Source of the DNA: Candidatus Bathyarchaeia archaeon
GTDB taxonomy: Archaea > Thermoproteota > Bathyarchaeia > Bathyarchaeales > Bathycorpusculaceae
Assembly: GCA_049516875.1 (NCBI GenBank)
Contig: JBEKSS010000008.1
Span: 34,433 to 98,432 of the forward strand
Direction of reading: 5' to 3'
DNA length: 64,000 bases
The translations under genes were made by a program, and so were the position numbers. This document shows, in pieces, positions 1 through 8,634 of this stretch (position 1 is its first letter; the number at the start of each line of letters is the position of its first letter). The notes below the pieces were generated by a model, which did not search any database, was not told the DNA's origin, and worked only from the letters and a program-made list of their open reading frames with translations.

Positions 1-323
1 AAACACTTCACGTGCTAAAGCCTGACTTATTTGTTCCATGGGATAATGCTATTGAGAGAGCCTATGGCTGTGGTGACGACTCGGATCCCCAGAAAGTGAA
101 AACATGGGGAGAAACATATTCTGTTTTTCTGAACCGTGTCCAGAAAGTGCTACTGAGAGTCATAAGGTCGTATGCCGAGGAGCATGGACATCAAAATATC
201 CTAAATGCGGCTTCCGAGCTTAGAGGAAGACTCTATATCGATGGCAAAAAACCTTTCGCCAAGATAATAGACGAATATAACTTCATGAAATTTACTAAAG
301 GCAAGGATCTGTTGTGGGTATGA
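1..323 (+). CDS. 5'-truncated protein, possibly HhH/glycosylase-like
   Basis: Frame is open to the window edge. TLHVLKPDLFVPWD...AKIIDEYN resembles HhH-associated families. Confidence 0.45.
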   Translation, partial: TLHVLKPDLFVPWDNAIERAYGCGDDSDPQKVKTWGETYSVFLNRVQKVLLRVIRSYAEEHGHQNILNAASELRGRLYIDGKKPFAKIIDEYNFMKFTKGKDLLWV

Positions 324-537
324 GAGTCTTCCCAGCATCCACGCGCACGTCAAGATTTCTTCGCAAGAGTAAATAATGTGTTGCACCTATGATAAGGGCG
401 AATCCAATTACGTGGATATTTATGGTTGGCGTCATAAAAGATGTTCCACATCGGTTGCAGAAGGCCTTTCTCCCGGATCTAGAGGTTAGAATCCAATCCT
501 TTCGTCGAAAAAGAGATGGACAGGGTGAGTATGTAAA

Positions 538-1929
538 ATGACTGGAGTTTCTGAAGCTATTCCTAGCTTCGTCAATAAGATCAGAGAGTATGGGAAGACT
601 TGGGATTTCCTTGAATCTTCCGTCATTGCAGCGAGAAATGATGAAAGATGGCTTGCTTTATGTATTATTATGAGGTTATCTGCGCACGAGAAGCCTGCAG
701 AAGAAAGGGAATTGTTCAAGATTACGGACAAGATAGTTGTCTTGCATAGAGTTCAGAGAATCGACCTTGGTTTGCTTGAAACAATTCTTGAAAAGTTGGG
801 CAAGGGTTCTATTCGCCTGCTTGATATGGACATAGTTCTTGAGGGCTTCACCTCATGCGACTACCTAAAAGAAGAAAAAGAGGGATGGACTCGTGAGCAA
901 CTGAGTGACATGGAAGGTTGGCCAGCGCTAATTTTAAGGAGTCACGCAAAGAGTGCCTCTGAACTCTTAAAGAATTATAACGAATTAATTGAATTGCTGA
1001 ACACACACAGTGAACCATACGATAGCTTAGAACAGTTGAGTAGAAAATACGTTGGGTTGGAGGTTGGGTCAGGAAATGCCTGTTGCTTGTACGTTGTAGC
1101 CCCGCTCTATTACAAACTAGATGATATCAATCTTTCGGAAAACGGTGAACTTAAGGCTTCTCTAAAGTGCCACAAGTGTTTTGACCCATTGAACTTTGAA
1201 CTGAGTGCAGTGTACTCTTCAGGTCCGAAAGTCATCGACAACTTCAGAATGAGTTTTTCAGAAGTCAAGAGCACCAGTGAGAACTTTATAGAATGTTCCA
1301 TTGACGAGAAGAGAAACAAAAAGGACATGCGAGAAGTGAGGCTCTACCTCACTTACATGGGTAGAAAAATACGCAGCGACTGGAATAGATGCGAGGCTGC
1401 AATCATTAAGGGAAATCTCCGGCTGGTTGCACATGAAGTTCTAGATGAGGACCTCGAAGGACTTACGGATGCATTGATGAGTAGAAAAAAGAAACTCTTT
1501 GAACCTGCTATTTCTATGCTGTTACACTTAGCCGGTTTCAATGTAGAACCAGTTGGCGGTGTCGAAGAAGGATTGGGCAGAAGACTCATTGACATTCTTG
1601 CCTTTACTTCTGACAATCGCTACCTGTTGGTTGCTGGATGCACCATAGAAGGCATAAGTCCAGATGAAATAACAAAGATTGCTGAGAGAGCAAAGTCAAT
1701 AGTCAGGGCATATTCAGACTTGAATGAATACGTAGAAGTTAAGCCCGTGCTCTTCACTTCCCTAGATGATAAAGACATTGGCGAAAGCGTTAAGAAAAGA
1801 GCAAAAGAAGACGATGTTGAAATTCTGAGTCAAAAATCCATTTCCAATATACTGAACAAAATACAGAGCGGCTATTCCTCGCATAATATCCTTAGTAGCT
1901 TCGGAATCCCACGCGCTACTTTCTTCTAA
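538..1929 (+). CDS. Hypothetical protein with C-terminal Mrr-like PD-(D/E)xK nuclease domain
   Basis: 463 aa. FEPAISMLLHLAGFNV...IDILAF...LLVAGCT pattern. Confidence 0.6.
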   Translation: MTGVSEAIPSFVNKIREYGKTWDFLESSVIAARNDERWLALCIIMRLSAHEKPAEERELFKITDKIVVLHRVQRIDLGLLETILEKLGKGSIRLLDMDIVLEGFTSCDYLKEEKEGWTREQLSDMEGWPALILRSHAKSASELLKNYNELIELLNTHSEPYDSLEQLSRKYVGLEVGSGNACCLYVVAPLYYKLDDINLSENGELKASLKCHKCFDPLNFELSAVYSSGPKVIDNFRMSFSEVKSTSENFIECSIDEKRNKKDMREVRLYLTYMGRKIRSDWNRCEAAIIKGNLRLVAHEVLDEDLEGLTDALMSRKKKLFEPAISMLLHLAGFNVEPVGGVEEGLGRRLIDILAFTSDNRYLLVAGCTIEGISPDEITKIAERAKSIVRAYSDLNEYVEVKPVLFTSLDDKDIGESVKKRAKEDDVEILSQKSISNILNKIQSGYSSHNILSSFGIPRATFF

Positions 1930-2036
1930 CTTCTGGGAATTGAATCTGCGACCATTTTAGGAACACACATGCGCGATACTGTTAAGTTATTTGTCATGAG
2001 AATGTTGTCATGTTGGACTTCGTCTTTTTGAAAAGG

Positions 2037-2336
2037 TCAACATTTCGAAAGGGTAAACTGAATCCCGCACCAAGGGCACTGGATCGTTGCTTCTTCCATT
2101 TTAGGTTCATAACGAAGTAGATGACCACAAGAAGGATTTGGACATCTAATAACTTGTTCTCTGTGACTAGACGGGACGGTTCTACTAGACGGCACCGTTC
2201 TGCTAGAAGGAACCGTTCTACTGGAAGGAACTTTTCTGCTTGCAGGAACCTTTCGGTTCATTATTGACCAAACTCGTTGTTTTTTGAAAGGGAGAGAGAC
2301 CGCAAAGGAAAGCGTCCCTTTCAGCCTCCTCGCCAA
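2037..2336 (-). CDS. Small Zn-ribbon protein with (SSRTVP)n linker
   Basis: CPNPSC...CPWC motif. Start codon uncertain. Confidence 0.55.
   Translation of the reverse strand: MARRLKGTLSFAVSLPFKKQRVWSIMNRKVPASRKVPSSRTVPSSRTVPSSRTVPSSHREQVIRCPNPSCGHLLRYEPKMEEATIQCPWCGIQFTLSKC
2167..2256. repeat. Five degenerate 18-bp tandem repeats (coding)
   Basis: ctagacgggacggttcta-like units. Variation is largely at synonymous positions, supporting coding function. Confidence 0.85.
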
Positions 2337-2597
2337 CAGTTTTATCCCGTCTCTCCAAGCTTTCCTTTTCTTATTTTTGGGTTGAAAGATTGTTTGTTTG
2401 ATTGGCTAGGGACTGTTAGTGAGGCTTGACTGAAAAAGCCAAACCATCACCACCACAATGCGTCAGTAGATGTTTCGTGACTAATAAATCTACATCCAAT
2501 ATGATACTGTTAACTTAAGTTACCTGTTGCCTAGTTTGGGTTTGTCTAACGAAAATTTAATACGATACTGCCATAGACAAACTATTGGGGGAACGAA

Positions 2598-3026
2598 ATG
2601 AAAGATTATTGCGGCTTATGTGGAACAACCGTCCTTCATTACTCCGTTGGAGAACCAATAGATTGGGCAAAATATGACGGCGATGGAAGATACGGTATTA
2701 CAGGGAACTCTGTTGAGCTTAATCAACTTCCTGAGAAACTCCAATTAAGAATAAAACAAAAACGGGCAGGTATAGAGGAAGATGCACCAATCTGCCCTAA
2801 ATGTTACTCAAGAACTTTAGACGAGATATGGGTTGCTGAAAAAGCATTTTGTAAAGCATGTAGCACAACACTTGAAGATATTGGCTATTCAAGCGTACTA
2901 AATTCAACGGGGCATCATGTCGTAGACACCTGCTTAATGGGTTGTCCAAAATGCAGGCTTGTTTACTTCATACCTCCACGGCAAGTTAACCAAGTAAACG
3001 TCACATTGAGAAGGAGAAGATATTAA
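2598..3026 (+). CDS. Multi-CxxC zinc-finger protein
   Basis: Four CxxC motifs (CGLC, CPKC, CKAC, CPKC). GGGGG RBS-like tract upstream. Confidence 0.7.
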   Translation: MKDYCGLCGTTVLHYSVGEPIDWAKYDGDGRYGITGNSVELNQLPEKLQLRIKQKRAGIEEDAPICPKCYSRTLDEIWVAEKAFCKACSTTLEDIGYSSVLNSTGHHVVDTCLMGCPKCRLVYFIPPRQVNQVNVTLRRRRY

Positions 3027-3039
3027 CCACTCTCAAAAA

Positions 3040-3192
3040 CTATTTGACTTTCACTTTTTCCATGATTCTCTTTTCATATTCCTCTCGCGTCAAAACCCCT
3101 TTTTCCTCTAACAACTCAACAAGACTGTCAAGCATAGTATCCAAGAGGTCTATTTCCTCAGAAGGTTCCCGCTTGACTTTGCTTTTCTTCAT
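3040..3192 (-). CDS. 50-aa hypothetical protein (below ORF-track cutoff)
   Basis: MKKSKVKREPSEEIDLLDTMLDSLVELLEEKGVLTREEYEKRIMEKVKVK, with GGGAG RBS. Confidence 0.75.
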   Translation of the reverse strand: MKKSKVKREPSEEIDLLDTMLDSLVELLEEKGVLTREEYEKRIMEKVKVK

Positions 3193-3345
3193 GTTTTCTC
3201 CCTTTTGCAAGGTAACCCTGCTCTGACATCCAATTCAAGATTATCGTGCGGAGAGTGTCAGAGCGAGTTTGTCCAACTCTGCCAATCAATTCATCGTCTA
3301 GAGTCTTAACTACTCCATTGGAAGACTGACCAGAATTTTCTTCAT
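3157..3345 (-). pseudogene. CopG/RHH regulator with 1-nt frameshift
   Basis: MKKILVSLP / NGVVKTLDDELIGRVGQTRSDTLRTIILNWMSEQGYL is restored by one base near 3320. GGTGA RBS. Confidence 0.7.
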
Positions 3346-3480
3346 TTACTTATCACCTTCAATTCTTGTTTTTCCTCTTTCTGCTTCACGGTTCTAACAA
3401 GAAGTTCTTCCTTTTGCTTGATTGCTTGATCTATCAAGCCTTTCCAGTTGCTAGGCACTTCCATTCTTGCGGCTTGCGCG
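3342..3480 (-). pseudogene. Probable C-terminal gene remnant
   Basis: AQAARMEVPSNWKGLIDQAIKQKEELL...KVISK*. Its stop overlaps the RHH start (ATGA). It begins at a CGCGC tract. Confidence 0.45.
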
Positions 3481-3633
3481 GGAGTTTTTCAGCCTAGACT
3501 TTGGTGAGGTCTCACGCAATTATAGTGAACTGCGTAACCTTCCAGGAGTAGCTTCGTTGAGTCGAACATCTCTACGATACTGTAAACTTTTCTGTCATGG
3601 AAATGGTTTTTGCTCTTTGCGATTGGAATCATA

Positions 3634-4092
3634 TTAGCCAAGATAGTAGTTTTCCATCAGTTTATTTACGGTGAAAAGTTCTTTATTTACTTCGTAGAGG
3701 TCCTGCAGGTTGATTGGGTTATTTTCCATTTTCAATGCTACGAGAGGAGGCAATAGACAGATAGCCTCTTTGCTCTTATCTGTTAAGAGGCTCTCAAGTC
3801 TTTTTGCTTCTCTATATGCTATGCGTTTGTTTGCATATTTTCTTGAAGCCATAATGAAAGAATAGCACGCGATGAAAATAGCAGCAATGGAAATCAATGT
3901 GGGAGTCCATTGTGAGATTGGAACAAAACTTAAAGTAGAGATCGCAAAAAAAGAAACAAGCAATAACAGTGCTATGACAACTAAGATTTGAGGAAAGGCA
4001 GTAAAAATATCAGCATATGTGGAACGTTTGAACTTTTCATCCACGAATTTTGCTAAGTCTCTCATTTTGTCTTTGTCATTTTGTCCTGACAA
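3634..4092 (-). CDS. 2-TM membrane protein
   Basis: Two hydrophobic helices followed by a soluble tail. GAGG RBS. Confidence 0.75.
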   Translation of the reverse strand: MSGQNDKDKMRDLAKFVDEKFKRSTYADIFTAFPQILVVIALLLLVSFFAISTLSFVPISQWTPTLISIAAIFIACYSFIMASRKYANKRIAYREAKRLESLLTDKSKEAICLLPPLVALKMENNPINLQDLYEVNKELFTVNKLMENYYLG

Positions 4093-4198
4093 TTCTAAAC
4101 AACCTCAAACTGGTTTTGTTAAGACTTACTATTTTTCGTTTTAACATTGATTTTTGTTTGCGGGCAGGGCTGAACGCGGATGCTCATAAGGTTTGTCA

Positions 4199-4274
4199 TT
4201 TTTGGAAGGGGATTTGAACCCCCGAACTATCGCTCAGTAGGCGGTTGCTTGTGTCCGTACTAAGCTATCCATGC
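4199..4274 (-). ncRNA. Degenerate tRNA-like element (anticodon ACT, short variable loop, broken acceptor stem)
   Basis: GCATGGA TA GCTT AGTACGGACAC AAGC A ACCGC CTACTGA GCGAT AGTTC GGGGG TTCAAAT CCCCT TCCAAAA A. D, anticodon and T arms fold; only 4/7 acceptor pairs form. Confidence 0.7.
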
Positions 4275-4292
4275 CCTGCTTTGTTAGTTCTT

Positions 4293-5651
4293 TTATCTAG
4301 GTACTATGTCTTTCAGGTTTTTCAATGATGACCCGTCTAATCTCTGAAAACCCATTTGTGATTCTTGTTTCTCTATTGCTGTGATGATCTCCCTCATTTC
4401 ATGCTCTCTGCAAAGTAAATAGTGTTCTCTAGCTCTCCTGTTGTATTCTATAAAATCATTTGTAGGAATTGTTGGATTTTCTGTACATGATTTGCAGTAA
4501 CAAGGAATTAGGTTATCATTATTCTCAACTGTTTTCAAGAAAGTCTCCTTACTTTGCATGGTCATATTTTTCGGGTCATACCGATTCATAAATGGGCTGA
4601 TTTCCTTTTGGTCTTTTCTTCTATCCTCACGATCTAAGTTGAACCCAGTCGATACTATAGCAAAAGAAGAAAGTGCAGCAGGAAATGTCTGGTTTCCTGC
4701 TTCAAGCAATCCAAAAGCCTTGTTCTCAAGATGCTGAGAAACGAGGCTTAGCTCCATTAAGAAACTTTTGAATGCAATCCTTTCAAGAGCCATATTTTCG
4801 TCATTCAAGTTAAGATTTTTGAATTTGAATAGAGTCAATGGGCTTTCGCTATTGGAGACGTATTCCTTTATTGTTGACATCATGTGTTCGTTTCTGAGAA
4901 TTTGGGGTTTTATGATGAAGTAATCTGCGCATTCTCTTTTTTCTTGACTGAGAGATGGGCTAAATGCCCTGCTTTTTTCATTCATGAAAATGGCAACTTC
5001 AAGCAGATGCGGCGATGTTATCAGTGGTACAGGCGGAATTAATACGTCAGTTCTTGCCTTAAGTTCGACAGTGAATGTGTCTCGTATGAGTTTCATTCTC
5101 ATTTTCGCGTCCTTGTAAACACATGTCCAGAAGTTTGTATGTTGCGTATCTCTAAATTCACTCGCACTCATGATATCCTTTGACTTGCCCTTTAATCGTT
5201 CTTCTTCAAGGTTCTTACTTTTTTCCAAAAATCTCACAAGGTGGTCTCGAATAGTGCGCGAGACGTAAGGAGTGTTTGAAAGTCGCTCCATGTTTACGCT
5301 ATAGAACATGTATTCGAGAGCAGGGTCAACAAAAAGTATCTCTTCTCCTGACTGTGGCGTGAACTGTGTATCTAGAGTCGATTGGTCCACCACAAGGGAG
5401 AGTGTTGATTTCTTCATTGAAGAATGGAGTGTTCTTCCAGTATCAAGCAACCTTACTACATACGCAGAAAGTTGTCTGGGAGAATAGACTTGTCCAACTT
5501 TATGGTAAGCTTTCAAATCACTATCGCTTTTTAGACGTGGCGCGAAGGTCGGAGTTACTAGAGTTTTGCCGTTTATTTTCAAGTCTGTTGATTCAGAGAA
5601 TTTGCATTTTCTTTCACGGTAGTGGGTAACTTGGATTTGGGGTGCGCTCAT
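4293..5651 (-). CDS. Divergent tRNA-guanine transglycosylase (TGT/DpdA)-fold protein
   Basis: N-terminal LKINGKTLVTPTFAP (TGT-like TPxFxP). FVDP at the DSGG position. C-terminal CYCKSC...H zinc site. Confidence 0.6.
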   Translation of the reverse strand: MSAPQIQVTHYRERKCKFSESTDLKINGKTLVTPTFAPRLKSDSDLKAYHKVGQVYSPRQLSAYVVRLLDTGRTLHSSMKKSTLSLVVDQSTLDTQFTPQSGEEILFVDPALEYMFYSVNMERLSNTPYVSRTIRDHLVRFLEKSKNLEEERLKGKSKDIMSASEFRDTQHTNFWTCVYKDAKMRMKLIRDTFTVELKARTDVLIPPVPLITSPHLLEVAIFMNEKSRAFSPSLSQEKRECADYFIIKPQILRNEHMMSTIKEYVSNSESPLTLFKFKNLNLNDENMALERIAFKSFLMELSLVSQHLENKAFGLLEAGNQTFPAALSSFAIVSTGFNLDREDRRKDQKEISPFMNRYDPKNMTMQSKETFLKTVENNDNLIPCYCKSCTENPTIPTNDFIEYNRRAREHYLLCREHEMREIITAIEKQESQMGFQRLDGSSLKNLKDIVPR

Positions 5652-6145
5652 GGTTTATTCTCCATCTTGGTACCTGCTATTGTGATGAACTTTTGTAATC
5701 CATCCATGAACTGAAAGATATCATGACATCTAATCATTATGCCACCTCTTACCGTTGTTGAGCGTAGTTCATCTTGCTCCTTTTCTTGTATGAACACGAA
5801 ATGTCCTTCAGCATTTTCCAGTTTAAAAAACTCGTAGATTTTGTTTCCAATGGGTATCGATAAGCGATCTGTTGGGTGGATAAGCCGACCGTTTACGTAG
5901 TATATTGAACCTGCGCCTCGGTCACTTTTGTAGGCTTCACGTATCGCCACAAGGTATTCTAGGTGTTTTGTTACGGTAATTCTATTCAAGTTAGTTGCGT
6001 CTGCCATTTCTGATGCCATGATACCGTTCTCATTCCTTGAGAGTATGCTCTTGATTAGAGATCTAACATAGCTTTCTCTTTCAGTTGGTTTTAGTGCCAG
6101 TATTTCTTCTGAGGATAGCATCACGTTAGGTTTGTTTATTTCCAT
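5648..6145 (-). CDS. wHTH regulator fused to PUR/DUF3276-like single-strand nucleic-acid-binding domain
   Basis: GIMASEMADATNLNRITVTKHLEYL (HTH). KIYEFFKLENAEGHFVFIQEKE...GIMIRCHDIFQFMDGL (PUR-like pattern). ATGA overlap with the TGT-like gene. Confidence 0.65.
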   Translation of the reverse strand: MEINKPNVMLSSEEILALKPTERESYVRSLIKSILSRNENGIMASEMADATNLNRITVTKHLEYLVAIREAYKSDRGAGSIYYVNGRLIHPTDRLSIPIGNKIYEFFKLENAEGHFVFIQEKEQDELRSTTVRGGIMIRCHDIFQFMDGLQKFITIAGTKMENKP

Positions 6146-6193
6146 TTTTTCCCTTCACCATGATGTTGATTTACTTGTATGTACGTCATGGTA

Positions 6194-6241
6194 GTTATAC
6201 TTCATGTATAACATCTCCTTCGTAAACGTTTTAGTTTATAA
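6194..6241 (-). promoter_or_regulatory. Palindromic operator GTTATAC-N5-GTATAAC downstream of TATA box
   Basis: Perfect 7-bp inverted repeat at 6194-6212. TTATAAA on the minus strand at 6235-6241. Confidence 0.55.
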
Positions 6242-6645
6242 TGTTTAGGGGGTCTGAGTATTTATGGTTTTGGTATCTTGTTGGCGCGCGCAACTTAACT
6301 CAACAATACCGCACTAAGAAGCAGTAAAACTGCACTCATCTTTTCTAGGGTGTTTCTATGGTCTTATCGTTAGCGCGCGTTTTTCAAGAAAGAGAAATAG
6401 TCGCTTGTGGAAACCGTCTTCCGAGACGCTTAGCATCGCATTTCCCAAGGATTAAGGAAAATCATCTCTGTCGATTGTATCAGGAGCCGGTTCAGTAGTT
6501 CCATTAGCCATAGTTCCATTAGCCATCAAAGCATCGACAAAAATTAAACAAATGCGCTTTAGTATCTCCAAGCGCACGCGCGCGCTTTTTCTATTCGTTA
6601 TGTTCATTTTCTTTTGTCGAAGTGAGAAATAGTTGAAAATGTCAA

Positions 6646-7446
6646 TCAGATTGTACGTGAAATGTTGATTTGTTTCGGAAGAAAGACTTTAACTTCGGAC
6701 AAGCTATTAGGAACAACTATCTTGCCTGATGAAGAAAGCTTAGATACTACCGAAGCATGGTCTCCGTCACGTTTAAAATTGAAATGAATAGATTTGAGGT
6801 CCTTAAATTCAATTAAACTTATGGGATCGCGGGTCTGGTTTAACTGTCTCAGAACATCTCCCGATATAGTATTGGAGTGGGTAACTATCAATAACCTTGT
6901 CAATCTTCGTATCTGTTTATACCTTGAGAATTTGCTGCAATCGTGGTCCCATCTAGCTATATCATAATCCGATGTAAGAGTAGACTCCAAATCCATTTTC
7001 TCGGAAGGATTAATTACTCGGTGAAAAGCGATAGTATCTGGCTCATTTTTGCCACCAATGACCTCGGTTATGTAGCCCATGTCTTGAAACATTTCAGGTA
7101 CGATCCGTTTTTCAAAATAAGTACTATTGTCAACAACTAAAAAGCCAATAAATTCTTCATAATGGATCTGCCTACCTCTTTGACATAATCTAAAATTTCC
7201 CAGAGAAGGTATCGATTTCCTCTTTAGACCTCCCTTTAAAATGCCTTCGGGGACTGTGAATCTGAATTTAGCTTTTCTGTCCAATGCTGAGAAACGAGCA
7301 CCAGGCAAAAGTTTCTTTTCTTCCAATTTTTGACTGAACTCTGGAACCAATTCAACTTTAATAGTTATATCCGACGTAGGTATGCGAGAAAATTGTAATT
7401 TAAAAAAAAGTATCACGTCTTGATTAGGCGTGAGCCAATTATTCAC
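6646..7446 (-). CDS. PD-(D/E)xK restriction-endonuclease-like protein
   Basis: FEKRIVPEMFQDMGY...GGKNEPDTIAF...DLEST. Confidence 0.6.
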   Translation of the reverse strand: MNNWLTPNQDVILFFKLQFSRIPTSDITIKVELVPEFSQKLEEKKLLPGARFSALDRKAKFRFTVPEGILKGGLKRKSIPSLGNFRLCQRGRQIHYEEFIGFLVVDNSTYFEKRIVPEMFQDMGYITEVIGGKNEPDTIAFHRVINPSEKMDLESTLTSDYDIARWDHDCSKFSRYKQIRRLTRLLIVTHSNTISGDVLRQLNQTRDPISLIEFKDLKSIHFNFKRDGDHASVVSKLSSSGKIVVPNSLSEVKVFLPKQINISRTI

Positions 7447-7449
7447 TTT

Positions 7450-8634
7450 TTAAGCCTCTGATTCTTCGACCTCTTCAACTTCCTCAGGTAAGCCTGTTTC
7501 AGGTATTTTGCCTGACTCAATTAGCCATTTCTTGGCGTTTTCTTCGTCGATATCAGCCTTATTCTCATCGGCTATTTCAAGACATTCTCTGCAAAACTCC
7601 ATTATGGTTCCCGGAATACCTCTGGAGATTGAGTTTATGTATTGTATAGCATCGTTTGTAAATGGTTTGCAAGACTTCAACGGTGATTTTCTCGCCTTGT
7701 TCAGAATTTCTGTCACAAATTTTTCTGCATCCTGATTGACGAAGCTCTCTAATGTGAATGTTTCTCCTATCCGTCTAAGGAATGTACTCAATCCAGCCGC
7801 TCCTGTCCTCTTCATTTCAGTCTCATAAACAGGGCCGATTATTAGATCTAATGTCTCTGGCGTAAATCCTAAGCATAATATAATTGGAACAGTTTCGTTA
7901 GGAGCCTTACTTAACTCAACCTTATTTTGTTCAAATATCTTTTTTAGCATGGTTAGCATTTCAACTAACTTTCCTGACCCAGCTAACGCCAGTTCTTCTG
8001 CTTCGTCTAGACACAATACAAAACCAGCGTATCCCAGTAATCTCAGCAAACGACAAAAACTACTGATTGCTCTTAAAGCGATAATCGGTGAGTCTATTTT
8101 GCTGTACACACCGATTTTCTTCAAGTCTCTCAAGTCTACTTTTTCTCCCGTAAACCACAGCCATACAAGTGACTCGTTATCTTTTAGTGCCAAAAACGCA
8201 TTCTTGAAATCCCTATCGAAATCTCTAAGCAACTCTTCAGGTTTTTTCCTGGTTTTAGATATCAATGTATCAAATTGGCTTCTTAATATCGAAAAAATGT
8301 TCTTTCCAATCTCGCGAAATGCAGAATTGCATACATACTGAATATACTTAGAGGCAGTGGTACTTATGGTCGCATCAAACTTCACAGCAACCACTGATTT
8401 TTGATTTGCAAAGTTTTTTCCTGAAATGAGTTCATTAGTTAGGTTGTCAAGGGTAAAAGATTTCCCAACACCAACGGTGCCGCTCAAGAAGACAATGAAA
8501 CAAGCATTTGCATTAACCGCTTTCTCTACTTGTCCAAGGATTTGGCCCAGTTGCTTTTTACGCGCCTCGCCTACAAGCTTATGATCGTGTTTTTCGTAGA
8601 ATGGGTTAAATGACAGCTCATGGTATGTGGGCAA
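7450..8634 (-). CDS. AAA+ ATPase, BrxD/DUF2791-like
   Basis: Walker A GTVGVGKS. WFTGE...LLRLLGYAGFVLCLDEAE (Walker B). Confidence 0.75.
   Translation of the reverse strand: MPTYHELSFNPFYEKHDHKLVGEARKKQLGQILGQVEKAVNANACFIVFLSGTVGVGKSFTLDNLTNELISGKNFANQKSVVAVKFDATISTTASKYIQYVCNSAFREIGKNIFSILRSQFDTLISKTRKKPEELLRDFDRDFKNAFLALKDNESLVWLWFTGEKVDLRDLKKIGVYSKIDSPIIALRAISSFCRLLRLLGYAGFVLCLDEAEELALAGSGKLVEMLTMLKKIFEQNKVELSKAPNETVPIILCLGFTPETLDLIIGPVYETEMKRTGAAGLSTFLRRIGETFTLESFVNQDAEKFVTEILNKARKSPLKSCKPFTNDAIQYINSISRGIPGTIMEFCRECLEIADENKADIDEENAKKWLIESGKIPETGLPEEVEEVEESEA

Larger units (their letters stand above)
1974..3605 (+). repeat. Dispersed GATACTGT(T/A)AA repeats at about 1974, 2503 and 3575; partial copy at 2563
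   Basis: cgatactgttaagttatttgtcatgagaatg versus cgatactgtaaacttttctgtcatggaaatg (25/31 identical). All copies intergenic and in the same orientation. Confidence 0.7.

Noticed and set aside
1922-1990. Possible integron attC (TAAC...GTTAAGT) after the nuclease gene
   Set aside because: No convincing internal pairing or L boxes, and the integrase lacks IntI features.
3044-3226. 60-aa plus-strand ORF
   Set aside because: Antisense to the better-supported 50-aa gene.
6496-6526. 15-bp tandem duplication (tagttccattagcca)
   Set aside because: Only two adjacent copies with no spacers; not CRISPR.
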